From positions 64,282 through 128,281 of the forward strand of contig NW_005434525.1 of the NCBI RefSeq assembly GCF_000315625.1: a DNA stretch of 64,000 bases. The letters are read 5' to 3'. A program made the position numbers and the translations under genes. The notes beneath the pieces are model-generated. The model saw only the letters and a list, made by a program, of their open reading frames with translations, was not told the DNA's origin and searched no databases. The DNA is from Guillardia theta CCMP2712. Lineage: Eukaryota; Protista; Cryptophyta. This document shows, in pieces, positions 47,205 through 56,487 of the stretch; position 1 is the first letter of the stretch, and every line of letters begins with the position of its first letter.

Positions 47205-49310
47205 ATGGTTCTTCAGTATGATGAAAATGTTCGCAACCTGCTGTATCGGAGATCATGCCAATACACGCAGAGCGGACTTGTGGATGCCTCTGTCCTCGAA
47301 GCTGATCTCGTCGAGAGGGTGAAGAGCTTCGCGAAGCGTTATCCGAACAGTAGGACAGCCCAGGCTTGCAAGGCTGTGGAGGGATGCACCCCCGACGCTA
47401 TCGCAGAAGCCATCCGCTCGACATGTCAGCAGGCACGACGTGAGCTTCTACAAGAAGCAATGACTGGATGGAGTGACGCATCCAGAGAGTGGTTTATGCA
47501 GCAGATTGAAGAAGCCAAGAAGGAGAAGGTCGAGACATACACCGCCTCAGCAGGCAACGAGGTGACTTCCTTCATCTCCATGACTCTCCTGGGCATCTCC
47601 TCGGTGTATGTCAACCATGAAGAGAAGCTGAAGAAGAAATTCGAAGAGATCGGACTGATCGTAGACTCAGTGCAAGAGAGTAAAGCAATCATGTGGAAGG
47701 CTCCGTATAGACCCGAGATAGCGAGTGCTGATGAGATCCCGGTGACTGTTTCCTTCCTCCGCAATGCACAAGCGGAGAAGCTCTGGCAGGGAAGAGAGGA
47801 CTTCGCGATCGATGGTCGCAAGTTCACAGCTGTACATGTGAGCATCGTGCACGATCGATCTTTCAAGATTCGAGCCAAGAGAGGACCCTGGGGCAAAGGG
47901 GGCAGCTTGGCAGAGCTGACCCACCTGCTAACCTTGGGCGGCATGACAACAGCAGAGATAGCTGCCGTCTATCGCTATCAGCTGCTGCGCCAGTCCCTTG
48001 CAGCGGTCCAACTCCAGCCGCTGGCAGGCATGCTGGTCGCTGGGGCGCCAGGACAGCAAGTCCACAAAGGCTTAGGTCAGAAAGGCTTCATCGCTGTAGG
48101 GGCCCAAGTCATCTGGAGACAGAGGGAGGTGGAGTGGATCGTCTCCTCGAGCTGCCCAGAGGCGAATGATACAGCATTTCGAGCTTTCCGAGAGAGCGAA
48201 GCGATGGAGGGAGTACACCTGACTCTGTTCAGCGAGGACCCGAAGATCAGAGAGGCGCTCGCAGTCGAGTTGACAGCTGATCGCTTTGTGTCCAGAAATA
48301 AGTTGAAGAAGGCATCAAGGATGCAGAAGAAGGCAGGCGGCAAGGACGGCAAGGAGATCAAGATCATCATCAAGTCGACGGCGGCATCTGGTCGCTTCAC
48401 GAGGAAGGAGATGGAGGGGCTGTGCAACGGCGGCAACACGTCTATCGCAAGAGTCAAGAGAGTCTTGTTGGAGATCGCTAACAGGCTCGAGATCAACGTT
48501 GAAGGCATCGACATGGAGGAGGATTTGAACACCAAGTCCTGGAACGGGTCCAAGCTATGCATCCTCCTCGGCTCCACGGAGGATGCTCGACGCATGATGA
48601 AGGAGCTGCCCTTCTATCTCGAAGGCGCAGCAACCAAGCTCGAAGCAGTCGGCTTCGACAAGGAGCCTGACTCTGAGGAGGAGAGCGAGGGAGAGTGGCT
48701 GGAGTTTACAGACCTGGAGAGGATCACAATGGAGGCAGCATCTCCGTCAAGCCAAGAGGACATGCAGCTCGTCAGCGAGCTGTCAGCAGTCATCGAAGAT
48801 GCAGCTTCTTTGAACGAGGCAGGGACGAGCGAGCCGATCAAGCTGGTCCTGGACAAGGCCGTTGGCAACCTCCACGACACCTTCTACTCTCCGGGGAGCC
48901 TGGAGTTCATGTCGCTGGGAGAGTGGGCGAAGATGCCAGAGGAGCAGGGAGTTGGGCGCAACGCGCTCAAGGAGAAGCTGGGGAAGTGGCTGCAGAGCAA
49001 GCGCTGGACTCGCGTGCAAGGAGAGAGCAAGAAGGCAAGGAGGGGCAGCGCGTTCTCGCCACGGGCAACGGCAGCTGCTGAGCTTGAGCAGGAGGCGGAG
49101 AGCGACGACATAGAGCGTCGATCTCTTAGCCTCCTGTTCATAGCACTGAGTAAATTCGCAGAGATGCATGTGCTGGCCTGCTCGCTGAAGGTGGACAAGA
49201 AGGACCGACTGCGAGTGGAGATGAGGGAAGATGACGAAGAAGAGGAAGACATGGAGGAAGAGCAAGGCGAGGGCGAGGAAGAAGACGGGGCGAGCCCGTA
49301 CCGAGCTTGA
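47205..49310 (+). CDS. Family A ORF1-like protein (~701 aa)
   Basis: Uninterrupted ORF from ATG 47205, homologous to the N-terminal ORF of the family B element at 59266. Confidence 0.85.
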   Translation: MVLQYDENVRNLLYRRSCQYTQSGLVDASVLEADLVERVKSFAKRYPNSRTAQACKAVEGCTPDAIAEAIRSTCQQARRELLQEAMTGWSDASREWFMQQIEEAKKEKVETYTASAGNEVTSFISMTLLGISSVYVNHEEKLKKKFEEIGLIVDSVQESKAIMWKAPYRPEIASADEIPVTVSFLRNAQAEKLWQGREDFAIDGRKFTAVHVSIVHDRSFKIRAKRGPWGKGGSLAELTHLLTLGGMTTAEIAAVYRYQLLRQSLAAVQLQPLAGMLVAGAPGQQVHKGLGQKGFIAVGAQVIWRQREVEWIVSSSCPEANDTAFRAFRESEAMEGVHLTLFSEDPKIREALAVELTADRFVSRNKLKKASRMQKKAGGKDGKEIKIIIKSTAASGRFTRKEMEGLCNGGNTSIARVKRVLLEIANRLEINVEGIDMEEDLNTKSWNGSKLCILLGSTEDARRMMKELPFYLEGAATKLEAVGFDKEPDSEEESEGEWLEFTDLERITMEAASPSSQEDMQLVSELSAVIEDAASLNEAGTSEPIKLVLDKAVGNLHDTFYSPGSLEFMSLGEWAKMPEEQGVGRNALKEKLGKWLQSKRWTRVQGESKKARRGSAFSPRATAAAELEQEAESDDIERRSLSLLFIALSKFAEMHVLACSLKVDKKDRLRVEMREDDEEEEDMEEEQGEGEEEDGASPYRA

Positions 49311-49339
49311 GCTGAGCCCAAGGTAAGGAGAGAAGGTAG

Positions 49340-49550
49340 GAGGCGACCGAAGGCCAAGGTGAGGAGAGGCAACTCTCCTGACTGAGGCTGAGGAAGCTGA
49401 ATGGAGGACGAGTAGGTGGCGACCGAAGGCCAAGGTGAGGAGAGGCAACTCTTCTGACTGAGGCTGAGGAAGCTGAATGGAGGTAGAGTAGGTGGTGACC
49501 GAAGGCCAAGGTGAGGAGAGGCAACTCTCCTGACTGAGGCTGAGGAAGCC
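49340..49550 (+). repeat. Family A 3'UTR ~76-bp tandem repeat (x3) with a GNRA hairpin
   Basis: GGCGACCGAAGGCCAAGGTG-AGGAGAG-GCAA-CTCTCCT-GACTGAGGCTGAGGAAGC. Three copies in A2-A6, one in A1. Confidence 0.9.
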
Positions 49551-49728
49551 AAGAGAAGACAGCAGAAGTAGAGAGTAGAAAGACGCCTCAGAAGCAGGGT
49601 TCGCATTGTAGGCCGTGTACTCCCAGTGCTCGCGCGCCTCATTAGACTAGGATCAAATTGCAAAAGCCCACAACGAGGCCGAGCAACATTCTAGCATTCT
49701 AATAAACTCACATAATAATAATAATAAT

Positions 49729-49780
49729 AGGGTTTAGGGTTTAGGGTTTAGGGTTTAGGGTTTAGGGTTTAGGGTTTAGG
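49729..49780 (+). repeat. Telomeric tract
   Basis: About 7 copies of TTTAGGG. Confidence 0.95.
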
Positions 49781-49781
49781 A

Positions 49782-52397
49782 GCGCCGGTTATTTCAGGCA
49801 GCGCCGGTTATTTCAGGCAGCGCCGGTTATTTCAGGCAGCGCCGGTTATTTCAGGCAGCGCCGGTTATTTCAGGCAGCGCCGGTTATTTCAGGCAGCGCC
49901 GGTTATTTCAGGCAGCGCCGGTTATTTCAGGCAGCGCCGGTTATTTCAGGCAGCGCCGGTTATTTCAGGCAGCGCCGGTTATTTCAGGCAGCGCCGGTTA
50001 TTTCAGGCAGCGCCGGTTATTTCAGGCAGTTCGCAACCTGCTGTATCGGAGATCATGCCAATACACGCAGCGCGGACTTGTGGATGCCTCTGTCCTCGAA
50101 GCTGATCTTGTCGAGACCCCCGACGCTATCGCAGAAGCCATCCGCTCGACATGTCAGCAGGCACGACGTGAGCTTCTACAAGAAGCGATGACTGGATGGA
50201 GTGACGCATCCAGAGAGTGGTTCATGAGGCAGATTGAAGAAGCCAAGAAGGAGAAGGTCGAGACATACACCGCCTCAGCAGGCAACGAGGTGACTTCCTT
50301 CATCTCCATGACTCTCCTGGGCATCTCCTCGGTCCGTATAGACCCGAGATAGCGAGTGCTGATGAGATCCCGGTGACTGTTTCCTTCCTCCGCAATGCAC
50401 AAGCGGAGAAGCTCTGGCAGGGAAGAGAGGACTTCGCGATCGATGGTCGCAAGTTCACAGCTGTACATGTGAGCATCGTGCACGATCGATCTTTCAAGAT
50501 TCGAGCCAAGAGAGGACCCTGGGGCAAAGGGGGCAGCTTGGCAGAGCTGACTCACCTGCTAACCTTGGGCGGCATGACAACGGCTGAGATAGCTGCCGTC
50601 TATCGCTATCAGCTGCTGCGCCAGTCCCTTGCAGCGGTCCAACTCCAGCCGCTGGCAGGCATGCTGGTCGCTGGGGCGCCAGGACAGCAAGTCCACAAAG
50701 GCTTAGGTCAGAAAGGCTTCATCGCTGTAGGGGCCAACGTCATCTGGAGACAGAGGGAGGTGGAGTGGATCGTCTCCTCGAGCTGCCCAGAGGCGAATGA
50801 TACAGCATTTCGAGCTTTCCGAGAGAGCGAAGCGATGGAGGGAGTACACCTGACTCTGTTCAGCGAGGACCCGAAGATCAGAGAGGCGCTCGCAGTCGAG
50901 TTGACAGCCGATCGCTTTGTGTCCAGAAATAAGTTGAAGAAGGCATCAAGACTGCAGAAGAAGGCAGGCGGCAAGGACGGCAAGGAGATCAAGATCATCA
51001 TCAAGTCGACGGCGGCATCTGGTCGCTTCACGAGGAAGGAGATGGAGGGGCTGTGCAACGGCGGCAACACGTCCATCGCAAGAGTCAAGAGAGTCTTGTT
51101 GGAGATCGCTAACAGGCTCGAGATCAACGTTGAAGGCATCGACATGGAGGAGGATTTGAACACCAAGTCCTGGAACGGGTCCAAGCTATGCATCCTCCTC
51201 GGCTCCACGGAGGATGCTCGACGCATGATGAAGGAGCTGCCCTTCTATCTCGACGGCGCAGCAACCAAGCTCGAAGCAGTCGGCTTCGACAAGGAGCCTG
51301 AGGCGGCTGGTCAGCGGGGCACCAGCGACGCAGCGCAGCGACAGGAGGAGAGCGAGGGAGAGTGGCTGGAGTTTACAGACCTGGAGAGGATCACAATGGA
51401 GGCAGCATCTCCGTCAAGCCAAGAGGACATGCAGCTCGTCAGCGAGCTGTCAGCAGTCATCGAAGATGCAGCTTCTTTGAACGAGGCGGGGACGAGCGAG
51501 CCGATCAAGCTGGTCCTGGACAAGGCCGTTGGCAACCTCCACGACACGTTCTACTCTCCGGGGAGCCTGGAGTTCATGTCGCTGGGAGAGTGGGCGAAGA
51601 CGCCAGAGGAGCAGGGAGTGGGACGCAACGTTCTCAAGGAGAAGCTGGGGAAGTGGCTGCAGAGCAAGCGCTGGACTCGCGTGCAAGGAGAGAGCAAGAA
51701 GGCAAGGAGGGGCAGCGCGTTCTCGCCACGGGCAACGGCAGCTGCTGAGCTTGAGCAGGAGGCGGAGAGCGACGACATAGAGCGTCGATCTCTTAGCTTC
51801 CTGTTCATAGCACTGAGTAAATTCGCAGAGATGCATGTGCTGGCCTGCTCGCTGAAGGTGGACAAGAAGGACCGACTGCGGGTGGAGATGAGGGAAGATG
51901 ACGAAGAAGAGGAAGACATGGAGGAAGAGCAAGGCGAGGGCGAGGAAGAAGACGGGGCGAGCCCGTACCGAGCTTGAGCTGAGCTCAAGGTAAGGAGAGA
52001 AGGTAGGAGGCGACCGAAGGCCAAGGTGAGGAGAGGCAACTCTCCTGACTGAGGCTGAGGAAGCTGAATGGAGGAGGAGTAGGTGGCGACCGAAGGCCAA
52101 GGTGAGGAGAGGCAACTCTCCTGACTGAGGCTGAGGAAGCTGAATGGAGGTAGAGTAGGTGGCGACCGAAGGCCAAGGTGAGGAGAGGCAACTCTCCTGA
52201 CTGAGGCTGAGGAAGCCAAGAGAAGACAGCAGAAGTAGAGAGTAGAAAGACGCCTCAGAAGCAGGGTTCGCATTGTAGGCCGTGTACTCCCAGTGCTCGC
52301 GCGCCTCTTTAGACTAGGATCAAATTGCAAAAGCCCACAACGAGGCCGAGCAACATTCTAGCATTCTAATAAACTCACATAATAATAATAATAAATA
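49782..52397 (+). mobile_element. Family A copy A5 (13 x 19-mer fused directly into the ORF; internal deletions)
   Basis: The array 49782-50028 is joined to GTTCGCAACC, skipping the leader and ATG. ORF pieces lie at 50080-50352 and 50373-51977. Confidence 0.92.
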
Positions 52398-52398
52398 T

Positions 52399-52420
52399 GG
52401 TTTAGGGTTTAGGGTTTAGG
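52399..52420 (+). repeat. Telomeric tract
   Basis: GGTTTAGGGTTTAGGGTTTAGG. Confidence 0.9.
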
Positions 52421-55130
52421 AGCCGGCCCTTAATAAGAGCATGCGGCCCTGCGGCGCGTAGGGAGAGCGCAAGGGGACCGATGGAAGCTGCGAGCAAGAG
52501 GTTCATCTAGTTCAAACAGCTTTCTAAGCATGGTACTACAGTATGATGAGAGCGTTCGCAACCTGCTGTATCGGAGATCATGCCAATACACGCAGGGTGA
52601 GCGCTCAGGAGGCCACGTCGAGGAGGCCGCCGACCTCGTCGAGAAGGTGAAGAACTTCACCAAGCGTTATCCGAATAGTCGGACAGCTTATGCTTGCAGA
52701 GCTGAGGGGGGATATCCGCTCGACAGGTCGGCAGGCGAGACGCGACCTGTTTGAAGACTCTCTGAGCGAATGGAGCTCAGAGTCGAAAGCATGGTTTATT
52801 CAACAGATGGAGGAGGCCAAGAAGCAGAATGTCGAGACATACATCGGCACCGAAGGCACCGAGGGGACCTCCTTCATCTCCATGACTCTCCTAGGGATTT
52901 CCTCGATGTTTGTTCGACAAGAAGAAAAGTTGAAAACGAAGCTTATGGACCTAGGTCTCATGGTAGACTCAGTCGATGGAGTCGACAAGGCCATCATGTG
53001 GAAAGCACCTTACAGACCTGAGATAGCACGAGCAGACGACATCTCAGTCACCGTCTCCTTCCTTCGGAATGAAGCAGCCATGGAGCTATGGGAAGGCAGG
53101 AGAGAATACACTATCGAAGGGAGAGTCTTTCGAGCCACAGAGGTGAGCATAGCACACGACCGGTCCTTCAAGCTTCGAGCCAAGCGAGGACCTTGGGGCA
53201 AGGGAGGGAGCCTTGCCGAGCTATCACAGCTCCTAGCTCTCGGAGGAATGTCGACGGCCGAGATCGCTCAGATTTATCGATTTCAGCTGCTCTCGCAATC
53301 TCTTGCAGCCGCAGAGGTACAACCGCTTGCAGGCATGCTCGTGCAGGGTGCTGGGCAGAGAGGTCGCAAGGGGCCGAGCCCGAAGACGTATGTCGCTGTT
53401 GGGGCAAGTACGGGAACTCTCCAGCAAAAAGAGCTGGAGTGGGTGCTCAGCTCGCCTTCGACGGCAAGTTGCGAGCAGACCTTGGCCTCGTTCAGAGAGA
53501 GCGAGGCGATGGAGGGGGTGCATCTCACTCTCATCAGCGACGACGCCAAGCTCAGAGAGACGTTTGCAGTCGAGCTCACAGCCGACACCTTCGTTCCTAG
53601 GGGAAAGATCGCCAAGCAGAGGAGGGCACTTCGCGAGAGAGATCATGCGGGGCGCAGCAGCTTCAGAGTGCAGATCAAGTCGAGGTCAAGCATGAGCACA
53701 GGCCGCTTCTCGAGGAAGGAGATGGAAGCGCTGTGCGGAGGAGGTAACACATCGATCACGAGAGTCAAGCGAGCCATGTTGGAGTTAGCAAGAAGGATAG
53801 GCGTGACGCCGGTCAGCGTCGAGGTCGAGGAGGATCGTGACACGCTCAGCTGGGACGGAAGCTCGATAGCTCTCTCCCTGGCGACCAAGGCAGACGCTCG
53901 ACGCCTGATGGACGACATGCCCTTTTACTTGGAAGGGATCCTGGAAGTCAAGCTCGAAGCGGTGGGGTTCAAGCTCAACGGGCCTCAGCATGAGGAGGAG
54001 AGGAGCCCGAGCAGCGAGGAGCAAGCCCAAGAGCCCCAAGGGCAGCAGCAAGGCGCTCAACAGGTCTTGGTCGACCTCTCGACGATGCTCTTGGAGACAT
54101 CAGAGGAGGAGCTGCTAGCTGGCAAGCCGATCTCTCTGGAGCTAGACAAGAGTGTTGGGAAGCTGCATGACACCTTCTGCTCGCCGGGCAACGTGGAGTT
54201 CATGACGCTCGGAGCTTGGGCAGTCACGCCGACGCTGGGATCGAAGCGAAACATGTTGAAAGAAAAGCTCAGAGCGTACCTCGGCGAGCAGCGCTGGACT
54301 CGGGTGCAAGGGAACAAGGCAGCGAGGAGGGGCAGCGCCTTCTCTCCAAGGGCAGCAGCGACTGATGCGCTCGAGCAGGAGGCCGAGAGCGATGACATCG
54401 AGAGTCGATCTGTAAGCCTCTTGTTTCTTGCGATCAGTAAATTTGCTGAGAACCATGGGTTGTGCTGCACGGGCAAGGTCGACAAGCAAGACCGACTGCG
54501 GCTGATGATGAGGGAGGAAGTCGACATGGAGGCTGAGGAGGGCGAGGGCGAGGAGGAGGAGGCCGGTGCAGGCCCCTCGCGCGCTTGAGGCTCGAGTCAG
54601 CGGAGCGGAGCTGTTGGCCCCATGGGGGGAAGGAGGAAGAAATAAATGAGGTGGACATGGGGCAAGCAACGAAGGTAAGGGCAGGTAAGCCGGTGGGAGA
54701 GGGGGGAGGGGGGCCGGGAGGAGGAGGCCGGGCGGAGGCCGGCCGGGCTCTCGGGCCCGGTCCGGACCGAGGCCCCGGGGAAGGGACGTGAGTCCCAGGG
54801 ACCCATACGCATTCCACCTACCAACCCATCCTTCATCCACTCACTGGCCGAAGGCCGGCCGAGACCGTCAAGGGGTGTCGGAGCCGAGGAAGCAACACAC
54901 TGTCACAAGTTGAAAGCACGGACGACCCCGACCAAGGCCGGCGGAGGAAACTCCACTGGCTGAGGCCGGGGAAGACCACTGAAGTATAGCAGAGGAGGGA
55001 GCAGAGCAGAAGCACGGCTGCCATAAGGGCCAGCCAAGTCGGGCCGAACTGCCAGGTCACTAGAATAGTGCAAGGTGATAACAAACCATGCAAACTACCT
55101 AGCATTCTAATAAACTCAACTACTACTACT
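52421..55130 (+). mobile_element. Family C ORF1-only element (diverged sister of A) with an (ACT)n tail
   Basis: ORF 52530-54588, with one frameshift near 52700, is colinear with the A protein. The UTRs differ. It ends CTAGCATTCTAATAAACTCA(ACT)4 followed by AGGGTTT. Confidence 0.9.
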
Positions 55131-55168
55131 AGGGTTTAGGGTTTAGAGTTTAGGGTTTAGGGTTTAGG
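55131..55168 (+). repeat. Telomeric tract
   Basis: About 5 copies of TTTAGGG. Confidence 0.95.
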
Positions 55169-55169
55169 A

Positions 55170-56007
55170 GGTTCCTTATTTCCTGGCAGGTTCCTTATTT
55201 CCTGGCAGGTTCCTTATTTCCTGGCAGGTTCCTTATTTCCTGGCAGGTTCCTTATTTCCTGGCAGGTTCCTTATTTCCTAGCAGGTTCCTTATTTCCTGG
55301 CAGGTTCCTTATTTCCTGGCAGGTTCCTTATTTCCTGGCAGGTTCCTTATTTCCTGGCAGGTTCCTTATTTCCTGGCAGGTTCCTTATTTCCTGGCAGGT
55401 TCCTTATTTCCTGGCAGGTTCCTTATTTCCTGGCAGGTTCCTTATTTCCTGGCAGGTTCCTTATTTCCTGGCAAGGTTCCTTATTTCCTGGCAGGTTCCT
55501 TATTTCCTGGCAGGTTCCTTATTTCCTGGCAGGTTCCTTATTTCCTGGCAGGTTCCTTATTTCCTGGCAGGTTCCTTATTTCCTGGCAAGGTTCCTTATT
55601 TCCTGGCAGGTTCCTTATTTCCTGGCAGGTTCCTTATTTCCTGGCAGGTTCCTTATTTCCTGGCAGGTTCCTTATTTCCTGGCAGGTTCCTTATTTCCTG
55701 GCAGGTTCCTTATTTCCTGGCAGGTTCCTTATTTCCTGGCAGGTTCCTTATTTCCTGGCAGGTTCCTTATTTCCTGGCAGGTTCCTTATTTCCTGGCAGG
55801 TTCCTTATTTCCTGGCAGGTTCCTTATTTCCTGGCAGGTTCCTTATTTCCTGGCAGGTTCCTTATTTCCTGGCAGGTTCCTTATTTCCTGGCAGGTTCCT
55901 TATTTCCTGGCAGGTTCCTTATTTCCTGGCAGGTTCCTTATTTCCTGGCAGGTTCCTTATTTCCTGGCAGGTTCCTTATTTCCTGGCAGGTTCCTTATTT
56001 CCTGGCA
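55170..56007 (+). repeat. Tandem array of the family-B 19-mer, about 44 copies
   Basis: GGTTCCTTATTTCCTGGCA units; two junctions carry one extra A. Confidence 0.97.
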
Positions 56008-56486
56008 TGCAGATTTGCGGTACCCCTGCGCTGGTGGAGTAAGAGCCGCCAGGAACGACGGAAGCTTGGGAAACCATTGAGAATGCTCCGAAGCATGTGG
56101 CCAATATCTATTGTGAACCCTGACGAGATCGTGCAGTACCGTACCTCCAGCTACCTCAAGAGGCAGACGGAAACTGGAACGATGCCGTCACCAGCTGAGC
56201 TTGTGCGACGACTGGATGACTTCGCAAGGCAGAATCCCAAAAGCAGGACGAGCAAAGCTCTGAAAGCCAAAGAGATATCCTTGGAAGCCTTAGCCGAAGC
56301 CATCAGTCACACATGCAGCTTTGCTGAACCTTCACCACTGGAGAGTCTGAAAGGTCTCGGGCAGTGGGGTGATGATGCCAGGCAGTGGTACCTGTCCGAA
56401 TTTCTAGCAGACAGGCAACGGCAGATGGAGGCCAGGTCTTATGATGACCAGGGCACGAGTGTGCAGACGATTACCATGAAGGTACT
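55170..56486 (+). mobile_element. Family B copy B2, 5' fragment (array, leader, first ~135 codons of ORF1)
   Basis: ATG 56083 MLRSMWPISIVNPDE... matches the ORF at 59266 and breaks at MKVL, where A6 begins. Confidence 0.9.
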
Positions 56487-56487
56487 A

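Larger units (their letters stand above)
46867..49728 (+). mobile_element. Family A copy A4, full length (13 x 19-mer)
   Basis: 19-mer array 46867-47113, leader, intact ORF, 3'UTR repeats and (AAT)n tail. Confidence 0.95.
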
